NCBI GenBank assembly: GCA_963701295.1 | Contig: OY969585.1 | Coordinates: forward strand, 2,752,001 to 2,816,000 | Reading direction: 5' to 3' | Source: Ignavibacteriota bacterium | GTDB taxonomy: Bacteria > Bacteroidota > Ignavibacteria > UBA10030 | Length of the DNA stretch: 64,000 bases | Shown: one piece after another, positions 55,098 through 64,000 of the stretch | Layout of the letters: each line of letters starts with the position of its first letter | Position numbering within the stretch: the stretch's first letter is position 1 | Notes under the pieces: generated by a model | The model's input: only the letters and a program-made list of their open reading frames with translations | What the model was told of the DNA's origin: nothing | Databases searched by the model: none | Position numbers and translations under genes: made by a program

Positions 55098-57842
55098 TTA
55101 TTTGAGCAGCATAAGTTTCTTCGTCTCACTGTAACTTCCTGCTTGAAGTCTGCAAAAATAAACGCCGCTTGGCAAGCTGCTCGCATCAAATTTAACTGTG
55201 TAACTTCCCATAGGTTTCACTTCATCCACAAGTGTTCGCACTTCCCTCCCAAGTTCATCATAGATCTTCAGCGTGACATGACTGCTGAGAGGTAAATGGT
55301 AATTGATTACTGTAGATGGGTTAAATGGGTTAGGATAATTTTGATCCAGAGAAAAACTAATTGGAATGGGAAATATTTTGCTGACGGGTGGTGGATTGGA
55401 TTCCAGAATATCCACTCGATCCGGTACGACCCAGGTGTTCGTGCTGCTTGTGTCTTTGTTACCAGTGACACGAAGTTTGAAAATATGATCGCCAGCAGGG
55501 AGAGCTGGACTCGTCCACATTAATTGATCGCCGATACGAATTGCCGAGTAGAAATCAATACTGGTTTCACTCCCCCCATCTATCGACACCGCACCGATGC
55601 CATGTCGCGGATCTTTAACACCGTAAAACTTGATTCGAGTGCCATTAAACCCGACTGTGACATAGTCGTTCGCTATGTTGTCCCACGAGTTGCTTCCAGC
55701 ATAAAGTTCTGCACCGCATCCGGTACAGTACTGCCAACCTGAGCCGACGTAATTGAACTGTTCGACTCCAGCACCCTGGATAGCATCATCGATCGTCATC
55801 CATCCATTATCACCGGTGCTGTTGACAGAGAAATTATCGAATTCTGCATTCCGCCATTTGCTGACCAGCAACCCTACTTGACCGGAACCATACGTGTCAT
55901 CGTTCACGGTTGTAATCAACGTTGAGTCGATAAACGCCTGAATAGTGTCTGCCATGAACCTGAGTGAGAGATTGTGCCAACTGTTTATGCCAAACGATGT
56001 TGTTCCGGATCCCAGTTGTGTATCGCTTCCGCCAATGTCTTCTTTGAAAAGATTCCAACTTGCACTGCTTGTAATCCGCAGATGATAGCCCTGTGAAGCC
56101 CCCGGTGACGATTGCGATTGCGCTCCCAAACGCCCGATGAGATCAACATACCCTGTTTGTTCCAGCAATACATCGACACTGACCTTATAATTTGACCATC
56201 CTGGATCACCGACAACTACGAGTGGCGGAGTCGGAGAACCTCCCGGCCATTCAATCGGGGCCAGGTTGATCTCCTGGCGCAAGCACTTTCCACTGCGTCC
56301 ACCTCGGCAACTATCTACTTCAAATGCACCCTGGATCGAATCAAAATATTTCGGAATTACTCCCAATGAGTCTTCTTCAAAATTCTCCGTATACGGCAGC
56401 ACCATAGTTGCAGATGGCGACGATGTTGCGATCCCTTTCCCTTGGCCTGTGGTAGTACTGATTGTGTAAACATACCCCGGTTGAAATGTGAAACTATAAA
56501 TTCCGCCGCTTGGTGTTATGTCGCTTTCCTTCACAAAGTAATCTGATGAATTTGATGAATTAAGATTTGTTGCCCATACATGAACGGTATCCGTCGATAA
56601 ACCGCCGAGGACAGTGATCGTTGCCGATTGCGGACTGGCTGCATCTACAGTCTCGACAATGACACTATAATCTTTGTTGTCCAGTGATTTAAGTGTTACA
56701 TAGCCACCGTTGTTGCGATCTCCTCCAAAATATCCACAGGCGCTATCCACATAGTGCCATCCGATCTGCACAAATTGTGAAGTGTGTGCCATAACCCAGA
56801 TGCTCTTACCAACGTGATAGTAGCCTGACCACGGTTGATCTGCAAGCATCAGTCCGTCTCCATAGTAAGGCAATGTGCGATACCATGCGGCAATCAAGCT
56901 CCAGTTGATATAGGCGGTAATCCTGCCATCTATGTAGTCGCGATTAAGCGCGCGCGCAAGTGGTATTGCTCCTAAATCGTAGCCCTGAGTTCCACTCTCG
57001 CTTGCCCAAATTGGTATCTTCAATCCTTCTGCAATCGAGGTATATGTATTGTCGGAGCAAACCGTTTCGGGAGCGTTCCAACCACAGGGATAATGAACAC
57101 CCATAATATCCACAGCAGATTTGAATACAGAGTCGTTGGCCAAATCACTCGCTATAGTCCACCCATTGTCTGCAGCAACCACTTGCGTAGTTAAACTATT
57201 GCTCTGCAAAGTTTTCTTCAATTTTTCAAACCAAGTCTTGTCCCATCCAGATTCGTTCCATCCGCCGATGTAATCGATGTGTAAATTATGGTCGGACTGT
57301 GCGTGTCTAATCCAACTGATTATATAATTGATATTATCCTGCGACCAGACACCACCGTTAAACCAACCCTCAGATCCCCACTCTAATCCATACAGCTTGA
57401 TATTCGGATTGCGAAGTTTCGCTTGGTCCATAAGCCACCACTCATAACCGCGGTAATAGTTCGAATCGGTTCGGGATCGCATGTGGCTCGCTTCCGCTCC
57501 GTTCGTGCTATTTGCATCATCGCCAATTTCAACTTTCAAAATCTGCAAACTCGCACCGTAGTTCGGTTTAAAAAGATAATCCAATATCTCATCCCGCTGC
57601 TTGGCAGGATAATCCCACAGCAAGCGCGACGTACCACCGCCTCCGCTCAATCCCCCAATCCCATCATACACTCGACCTGAGCCCGTGCTATCGATGACAA
57701 TAGATGTGCTCTGGGCTTCTACATGAGTAACACCAGACGAAACGTAAAATAAAAGAAGAAGGAACGAATATCGCATGAAGATGGACTTGAGATATTCCTT
57801 TATGAAAATCAATACATCCCATAATCCCTTGTGAAGTTTCAT
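55098..57842 (-). CDS. GH59 beta-galactosidase-like enzyme with extra beta-sandwich domain and T9SS type A CTD
   Basis: YDGIGGLSGGGGTSRLL, LKVEIG, RGYEWWLM, GGWNE and WASES motifs; C-terminal QNYPNPFNPST...KKLMLLK. Confidence 0.9.
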   Translation of the reverse strand: MKLHKGLWDVLIFIKEYLKSIFMRYSFLLLLFYVSSGVTHVEAQSTSIVIDSTGSGRVYDGIGGLSGGGGTSRLLWDYPAKQRDEILDYLFKPNYGASLQILKVEIGDDANSTNGAEASHMRSRTDSNYYRGYEWWLMDQAKLRNPNIKLYGLEWGSEGWFNGGVWSQDNINYIISWIRHAQSDHNLHIDYIGGWNESGWDKTWFEKLKKTLQSNSLTTQVVAADNGWTIASDLANDSVFKSAVDIMGVHYPCGWNAPETVCSDNTYTSIAEGLKIPIWASESGTQGYDLGAIPLARALNRDYIDGRITAYINWSLIAAWYRTLPYYGDGLMLADQPWSGYYHVGKSIWVMAHTSQFVQIGWHYVDSACGYFGGDRNNGGYVTLKSLDNKDYSVIVETVDAASPQSATITVLGGLSTDTVHVWATNLNSSNSSDYFVKESDITPSGGIYSFTFQPGYVYTISTTTGQGKGIATSSPSATMVLPYTENFEEDSLGVIPKYFDSIQGAFEVDSCRGGRSGKCLRQEINLAPIEWPGGSPTPPLVVVGDPGWSNYKVSVDVLLEQTGYVDLIGRLGAQSQSSPGASQGYHLRITSSASWNLFKEDIGGSDTQLGSGTTSFGINSWHNLSLRFMADTIQAFIDSTLITTVNDDTYGSGQVGLLVSKWRNAEFDNFSVNSTGDNGWMTIDDAIQGAGVEQFNYVGSGWQYCTGCGAELYAGSNSWDNIANDYVTVGFNGTRIKFYGVKDPRHGIGAVSIDGGSETSIDFYSAIRIGDQLMWTSPALPAGDHIFKLRVTGNKDTSSTNTWVVPDRVDILESNPPPVSKIFPIPISFSLDQNYPNPFNPSTVINYHLPLSSHVTLKIYDELGREVRTLVDEVKPMGSYTVKFDASSLPSGVYFCRLQAGSYSETKKLMLLK

Positions 57843-58011
57843 TTGAACTCCATTATCCTATAGAATTGCATGTAAGAACTTGTGCAGTGCGGTAATAATT
57901 TTTCTTACTATTAAACAACACAAGCGCCTTTCTCTCAACATTATTGCCGGCTGGTAATTGATAATAACATATTGCACTCGACAAGCTGCCTGTATAATTG
58001 AATGGCCAAGA

Positions 58012-59799
58012 TTATTTGATCAAGACCATTCTTTTTGTTTCCATATAATTCTGAGTTTGAAGCTTATAAAAATATACTCCGCTTGACAGGTTCGATGCAT
58101 TAAATAAAATTTCGTAATTACCCACCGCTTTTCTCTCATTCTGCATGAGGGTTGCGACTTCTCTTCCCATAAGATCGTACACTTTCAGTGTGACAGTACT
58201 TGTTTGCGGCAATGAATAAGAGATCGTTGTTTGCGGATTGAACGGATTGGGATAGTTTTGCAACAACGAAAATTCTTCGGGTATTGCGCTCGCGCCCTGC
58301 ACACCTGTTTCCTGAATATCTTTTCCCGGCATATTCGCGTCAAGCCATGTCAAACGTGTCGATATCCAGTTTTTAAACTTGGTAATTTCACCATCGAATG
58401 TTGTCGGTTGTGCATCCACTTCAGGAGTACCTACGTCTATACCTAAAATCGGCCATCTCTGATAGTGACGAACTTGCGCTTCATCGACCAACGTATGTAT
58501 TGAATCAATGTAATGATATAGAGATTCTTCACTGAGTGTAGTTTTACGAAGGAAAGTATAACGAGTATGTAATTCATTCGTAAATGTAGTATCTTCCAAT
58601 AACTTTACCATCCAACCGGGCGGGACTGGATATGAGTGGCAAACACTGCTAATTAGAAAAGTCCATCCAGAACCGTCCGTTGCATTGACCTCACATTCAC
58701 TTATATTTTTCCATGCCCAATCAAAATCCCAAACGGGACCATCATGTAACCGCCCATCTTTACTATCTTTGTCTTTATAGAAAAAGGCGCTCTTCTTATA
58801 CGTGTCGACATTTCGAGATACTTCACCTACAATAAAATAATCGACGAATGATGCGACATCAAAATATTTTCTGTACCCCTTGATAGGATCAGCCCAATTT
58901 GGACTTCTTAAAACACTATCAATTGTGCTGACAAATCCTTGTATATACTGTTTCTGTTGATTTGTTATATCCTCCGGTTTAGGATAACTATATACAAAAT
59001 AAGGATATCTTCCGGTTCCGGGGCAATCTATCGCTTCATATTTGCTATTCCAAAAATCTGTACCTGAACCATCTGTGTTATCGACTTTTATTATATATCC
59101 ACCTGTAAGATTATCTCCTGAAGTATCTGTAACGGTTAGCTTTGAAATATCAACACGATTTTTATCTCGTTTGATTTTCTCAGTCAAAACATAGATCCCC
59201 TCATATACACCATTTGAATCCAATTCACAAAGTTGAGTGTGCGGTTGATAATGTCCCATCTTCGTGAAAAGATCAAAAGCAAGTGTATTGCGCATAAAGA
59301 CCTTGTCATTATAATTGGCTATCAATACCCAATCATTTTCCGCAGGCATGTTTATTATTGGCACATTGAGGTTGTTTCCTAAGCTGTCCCTTGTTTCGAA
59401 ACCGTACGGCTTTTGAGGAAGTGTAGCAGAAAAGGAACCTCTTATTTCAATACCTACATAACCATCATAGACATTCGCCGAATCAGTCACATGGTTTCTT
59501 CGGAGAGGTTCATTATTAATAATTTTCATTCTTGCAGTGATCTTTGTCCCATCTGGAATAATTTGACCATGTGTGTCAATTAATATAATCGGCAAATTCG
59601 ATGAGTCAAGAACAACCGTTGCCGTACTATTGCTACTATGAATAGAATTCTCATGAGGATAAACAACCCTTGTTGTGATAGTAGAATGCCCGTCATCGCG
59701 CGGATGAAAAACAGTTCCTTGATTTTGTCCAAACGTTTCCGTTAGGCGTAGAAAGAAGGATATGACACAAAAATAATTCACAACCGTCTTTATATACAT
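58012..59799 (-). CDS. CotH-family kinase with T9SS type A CTD
   Basis: EIRGSFS...KPYGFE, DWVLIANYND, YEGIYVLTEKI, NVD and GPVWDFD motifs; QNYPNPFNP CTD. Confidence 0.88.
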   Translation of the reverse strand: MYIKTVVNYFCVISFFLRLTETFGQNQGTVFHPRDDGHSTITTRVVYPHENSIHSSNSTATVVLDSSNLPIILIDTHGQIIPDGTKITARMKIINNEPLRRNHVTDSANVYDGYVGIEIRGSFSATLPQKPYGFETRDSLGNNLNVPIINMPAENDWVLIANYNDKVFMRNTLAFDLFTKMGHYQPHTQLCELDSNGVYEGIYVLTEKIKRDKNRVDISKLTVTDTSGDNLTGGYIIKVDNTDGSGTDFWNSKYEAIDCPGTGRYPYFVYSYPKPEDITNQQKQYIQGFVSTIDSVLRSPNWADPIKGYRKYFDVASFVDYFIVGEVSRNVDTYKKSAFFYKDKDSKDGRLHDGPVWDFDWAWKNISECEVNATDGSGWTFLISSVCHSYPVPPGWMVKLLEDTTFTNELHTRYTFLRKTTLSEESLYHYIDSIHTLVDEAQVRHYQRWPILGIDVGTPEVDAQPTTFDGEITKFKNWISTRLTWLDANMPGKDIQETGVQGASAIPEEFSLLQNYPNPFNPQTTISYSLPQTSTVTLKVYDLMGREVATLMQNERKAVGNYEILFNASNLSSGVYFYKLQTQNYMETKRMVLIK

Positions 59800-60017
59800 G
59801 CTTCAAAGTTCTTACTGTGAAAAGTATTTATAAAATAATGGAAACTTGATATTTACTTTAGGGCAACCTTATCCTTATTTTCTTCAGCATTAAAACAACT
59901 TCATGCGCCAACACCAAAGGCATCTGCTGGTTGATAGCCGTCAAGCATCATCAAAGCAATTTTACTCTATAGTATAGATATGATTCTGTTTTTCGGGCAC
60001 AACCAACAAAACAAATA

Positions 60018-60050
60018 ATGTGTAGCAACATTATTACTGCTGCTACACAT
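60018..60050 (-). terminator. Stem-loop after the tandem-CBM gene
   Basis: ATGTGTAGCA...TGCTACACAT stem followed by a T-rich tract on the minus strand. Confidence 0.65.
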
Positions 60051-60079
60051 GTGAATTTCACTGATCACAAGAAATACAA

Positions 60080-61540
60080 TTATTTCAGCAGCATCATTTT
60101 TTTCGTAATTACTCCGCTGGCTGATTGCAGCTTATAGAAGTAAATCCCACTGCTCAAACAGGAAGCCGCGAATTTAACCTCATGTTGTCCCGCAATCTGA
60201 TTTTCATTCGCCAGAACCGCGACTTCTCTACCCAGCATATCATACACAGAGAGGCGTACTTTTCCACTATTCTTCAATGTGTAGGAGATGTTGGTGGTCG
60301 GGTTGAATGGATTCGGATAGTTTTGTGCAAGTGAAAATACAGCTGGTTTCATTTGCGTTCCTGAGACGGCAGTAACACTATGATTGGCGTTGAGCCGTAC
60401 GAAATCCGCTGCAGCCCATGAATTAGTCACAGTAGATGTATTTTTCAATAAAACGCCGACTTGTTTGCCAACACTGGCAGGAAAATCACTTGCCTTAAAC
60501 GAAATCGAATATTCTGCCCAAGTCACACCGGTAGGATCGAGTGGCTCTTCTGCAGAAGCAAGCGTAATTCTTTTTCCTGAATTTGCATAATACAATTCTA
60601 TATGTAACTGCGTGGCTATCCATGAGGCTCTACCATTTACCCTCAAGCTGATCACATCACCAGCCTGAATTGAATAATTGGTTGTGTTCCATATAGAATC
60701 ATCATCCCACGCTAAAAACGCTGAATATTGTCCGTCACCGCCCTGAGAATTTCGTTCAATGCCGGAATCTGTCACTATGCTATCGGACGCCCAGCCTGGG
60801 ATGTCTGCTTGCGAATCTGCTATTTTAGGACATGACCCTGGTCCATTCCAGCCTTCAATTTTCCCTGAGTCGGGTTGTTCAAAGCTGTAATTAGGAACTT
60901 CTACTATTGTTGGGTCTTCGTTTGTTAACCGTACGTTGTCAATATAAATCCACGAATGAGCACCAGGAGTCACATTTTGAAATAGGATGCCGATGTTTAA
61001 ACCTTGAACATCAGGGAAATCCGAACCTTTAACCGAAATCGAATATGCTGCCATTTTACTAGTCATTGTTTTCGTTTCGGAGACAATTGGAATTATCGCC
61101 CCTGTTACTGAATCGCCATCATTATAAAACAGTTCCATCTTTAAAGTTGTGCCTATATAGCTATTCATTGCGTCCACCGTCAACATGAGCTGATCATCAC
61201 TATTTAGACGCCGGTTTAGATTCTGATATAGTGCCGAATCGCCACCCATGAGATATGCGACATAATTTCCATTAGTGGCGACACCCTGATTATCCACACC
61301 CGAATCAAATACTGACGAATCTGGACTATTAACTTTCCATGCCGGGACTACAAGGACTTTGAAGCCGGTTCCTGTATGTGTGGTTTTTCCCATAAAGCCT
61401 TCTATCTTACCTGAGTCAGGTTTTTCGAAGCTTGGATTGATGATTGTAACATTCTTTTGTGCATACAACTGCACAGGCAATAGCACAATACTAACACTTA
61501 TTAAAAATGCTAGTGTGATAAAAAATACCATTCGTTTCAT
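60080..61540 (-). CDS. Secreted protein with two tandem CBM-like jelly-roll repeats and T9SS type A CTD
   Basis: Duplicated NxSFExPDSGKIEG...SDFP...D(N/F)VRL units and QNYPNPFNP CTD. RBS AGGAG precedes ATG 61540. Confidence 0.78.
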   Translation of the reverse strand: MKRMVFFITLAFLISVSIVLLPVQLYAQKNVTIINPSFEKPDSGKIEGFMGKTTHTGTGFKVLVVPAWKVNSPDSSVFDSGVDNQGVATNGNYVAYLMGGDSALYQNLNRRLNSDDQLMLTVDAMNSYIGTTLKMELFYNDGDSVTGAIIPIVSETKTMTSKMAAYSISVKGSDFPDVQGLNIGILFQNVTPGAHSWIYIDNVRLTNEDPTIVEVPNYSFEQPDSGKIEGWNGPGSCPKIADSQADIPGWASDSIVTDSGIERNSQGGDGQYSAFLAWDDDSIWNTTNYSIQAGDVISLRVNGRASWIATQLHIELYYANSGKRITLASAEEPLDPTGVTWAEYSISFKASDFPASVGKQVGVLLKNTSTVTNSWAAADFVRLNANHSVTAVSGTQMKPAVFSLAQNYPNPFNPTTNISYTLKNSGKVRLSVYDMLGREVAVLANENQIAGQHEVKFAASCLSSGIYFYKLQSASGVITKKMMLLK

Positions 61541-61810
61541 TGTTCTCTCCTTGGTTAATGAATTGTACATTCAACTGATGATTCATAAAGTCAGTTGATA
61601 ACTTCTACACCACATTAAGAAAGATACTTCAACTAAATTACTATGCCTATTGAAACTCACCTCCTTTCAATCCTTAAATTATACCGGCTCAGTATAAATC
61701 TTTAACGCAGGAATGATTTACCATTGATCAAATGCATTACTTGATTAACACTATTCTCTTTGTCTCTATATATAATTCTCTGTCTGTAACTTGAAGAAAT
61801 ATCGAACCAA

Positions 61811-62845
61811 TTAAGTTGATCCTCGTATGATCAATTTTGTATCTAACACTACGGTCTTTGTTTCTTTCACTATACCTTTAATAATACCAATCAATATTTC
61901 AGCAGCTTTTTCCCCCATTTCAAAAGAAGGTTGATCAATCGTAGTCAATGGAGGGTCAATAAGACTTGTAATCTTATTATTCGAGAATCCCATGATAGCC
62001 ACATCATTAGGAATTTTTAGTCCCGCCTCCTTTATTCTTTGGTAAGCACCTATGGCGACAGGATCGTTCACTGCAAAAATCGCATCAGGAATTCTATTTT
62101 CCGTAAGTAAAGAAGCCATTGAATTATAACCATCTTGCTCGTGAAGCCCACCATAACGTATTATTTCGGTTTGTCTCGGAATTTGAGTTTGCTTCAATGC
62201 ATCAAGATATCCACTCAATCGTTTCATACAAATACCCAACTCCTTCGGTCCGCCGAAATGGGCAATTCTTCTATATCCTTTCCCAATAAGATATGTGACG
62301 GCATCAAATGCACTTTTATAATCATCAATTATGACTTTGCTTGTTATAACATCTTCGCATACACGATCGAAAAATACTAAAGGCATTCTTCGTTTCAGCA
62401 AATCATTAAAGTGATCTCCGCACTTCGTATTTTGTGAAATTGAGACGACAATCCCAGCGACGCGTTGACGCATAAGAAGATTTGTATTGATAACTTCTCT
62501 CTCGAAGCTTTCATTAGACTGACATAAGAATATCGCATACCCTGATTTGTACGCAACTTCTTCAATACCACTGATCGCTGAAGAGAAAAAGTCATGTTTG
62601 ATTTCAGGAACAATGACACCAATAGTCATCGTCCGATTATTCCTTAGGCTTTGTGCAATTGGATTAGGAGAGTAATGAAGTACTTTTGCAATTCTTTTAA
62701 CTCTCTTTTTTGTTTCACTATCAATGTCGGGGTGATCACTTAAAGCGCGTGATACCGTGGAAGTAGATATCCCCAGCTTTTTTGCAACGTCTATAATGGT
62801 TGTATGCTTTGAGATTTGTTTCACACTCTGCAATCGTTCCCGCAA
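61811..62845 (-). CDS. LacI-family transcriptional regulator
   Basis: TIIDVAKKLGISTSTVSRAL HTH, YSPNPIAQSL and PPLTTIDQ motifs. True start may be GTG at 62824. Confidence 0.96.
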   Translation of the reverse strand: MRERLQSVKQISKHTTIIDVAKKLGISTSTVSRALSDHPDIDSETKKRVKRIAKVLHYSPNPIAQSLRNNRTMTIGVIVPEIKHDFFSSAISGIEEVAYKSGYAIFLCQSNESFEREVINTNLLMRQRVAGIVVSISQNTKCGDHFNDLLKRRMPLVFFDRVCEDVITSKVIIDDYKSAFDAVTYLIGKGYRRIAHFGGPKELGICMKRLSGYLDALKQTQIPRQTEIIRYGGLHEQDGYNSMASLLTENRIPDAIFAVNDPVAIGAYQRIKEAGLKIPNDVAIMGFSNNKITSLIDPPLTTIDQPSFEMGEKAAEILIGIIKGIVKETKTVVLDTKLIIRGST

Positions 62846-62854
62846 ACGTATCCA
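62829..62854. promoter_or_regulatory. Two adjacent candidate LacI-family operators
   Basis: TGCAATCGTTCCCG (62829-62842) and CGCAAACGTATCCA (62841-62854) each resemble TGNAANCGNTTNCA with a central CG. Confidence 0.45.
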
Positions 62855-63056
62855 ATATAGTCATCCAGATGAAGATGGTTGTTACACTATTGTTCCAATT
62901 ATTTTAAATAACGTACCAAATGTGTCAATAACGTCCCGTATTGTATAAATAATGTTCCGTCGTCAGTCTTCTACAAATTGTGATTAAAAGGGATTTTTAC
63001 TAATTTTGAATAGGCTTACGAAAAACTTACAAAGATAATTTTTCTTTGAACCTTAA

Positions 63057-64000
63057 ATGAAACTGTCGATAAGATTTATTTTCTTTTCCCTCGTTAAATT
63101 GAACCTGATTCTTTTGTTGTTCTCTTATTCAATTTATTCTCAGCCTTCAAAATTCATAAAGTACTCCACGCAAATGGGGCTCTCCTCAAACAATCAACGA
63201 TGTATTATCCAGGATAAAGAAGGATTTATATGGATTGGTACAGGGGACGGGCTGGACCGTTTTGACGGATATACTTTTAAAGTTTATCGAAAAATTCCGA
63301 ACGATACTTCAAGTTTAAGAAGCAATATTATCGATTGCTTATATACAGACAGCAGGGGTAATCTCTGGATTGGAACATATGGAGGAGGTCTAAACCTCTA
63401 TGATAAAGAAAAAGATAATTTTTATACCTATACAGCAAATATTAATGATACCACCGCTCTTCTTAATAATGATATTACTACCATTACCGAAGATGAGTTA
63501 CACCGGATATGGGTAGGCACTACTTCGCTCGGGCTTCATTTGTTTAATCCAAAAATAAATGGATTCATACACTATATAGCTCCTAATGGAAAGTCACCTG
63601 ATTCGACAAGCATAGCAAGTAACAGCATTAATAGAATTGTAGTCGATCATAATATTTTATGGATAGCCTATAATACCAGTATATTAACAGCTCTGAACAT
63701 GTCAACTATGACATTTAGACATTACAAACTCTTTGATATTTTGAGTCATCAAACCGCTGATTTTTCGGTCAATTCATTAGTCGTGGATAATAATTTAATA
63801 TGGATAAGTACATGGAGCAAAGGAATCTGGATTTTTGATAAAACCACCGGTGAGTGTAGACCTTATACGAAAGAAAAAAGCAAGTATATAAATTTTGTTT
63901 TTAAGGATAATAAAAACATGTTATGGTACAGTCCTGAATCGAAAGGATTGATACTGATAGATGGTAATAACGATGTTCATTATCAGTTTGATGATTTCGA
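63057..64000 (+). CDS. Two-component regulator propeller-domain sensor (hybrid two-component-like), only the 5' part is in the window
   Basis: Manual translation: signal peptide, then GLSSN..RCIIQDKEGFIWIGTGDGLDRFDGYTFKVY and DSRGNLWIGTYGGGL (Reg_prop repeats). Runs off the window. Confidence 0.9.
   Translation, partial: MKLSIRFIFFSLVKLNLILLLFSYSIYSQPSKFIKYSTQMGLSSNNQRCIIQDKEGFIWIGTGDGLDRFDGYTFKVYRKIPNDTSSLRSNIIDCLYTDSRGNLWIGTYGGGLNLYDKEKDNFYTYTANINDTTALLNNDITTITEDELHRIWVGTTSLGLHLFNPKINGFIHYIAPNGKSPDSTSIASNSINRIVVDHNILWIAYNTSILTALNMSTMTFRHYKLFDILSHQTADFSVNSLVVDNNLIWISTWSKGIWIFDKTTGECRPYTKEKSKYINFVFKDNKNMLWYSPESKGLILIDGNNDVHYQFDDF

Overview
Bacterial chromosomal window, most likely from an Ignavibacteria-like lineage of the FCB group. 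This is inferred from T9SS C-terminal domains of the QNYPNPFNP type, a PorV-family gene and clear Shine-Dalgarno sites. Almost all genes are on the minus strand. The window has four parts. (1) 1-4752: housekeeping dnaE (partial), proS and tRNA-Arg(CCT). (2) ~4800-12300: a decayed accessory region upstream of the tRNA. It holds a tyrosine-integrase pseudogene with arm-like repeats, a frameshifted cyclic-phosphate-processing receiver gene, an orphan attC-flanked cassette encoding a C45 Ntn-hydrolase/TPR protein, a beta-barrel gene preceded by a strand-specific four-way-junction RNA plus terminator, a YncE propeller, an SPFH fragment and an AAA/DUF4143 ATPase. (3) ~12560-62850: a ~50 kb glycan-utilisation locus with GH97, 2x GH35-like, 2x GH2, 2x GH59, GH28, GH105, GH31, a GH3 pseudogene, several unknown secreted proteins, CotH, a tandem-CBM protein and LacI. 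It has no susD; its uptake module is a non-SusC TonB-dependent receptor, a 1216-aa protein with a divergent T9SS-like CTD, a PorV paralog and a PPIase-like chaperone. (4) 63057-64000: start of a divergently transcribed propeller-type sensor. All family assignments come from motif recognition, not database searches.
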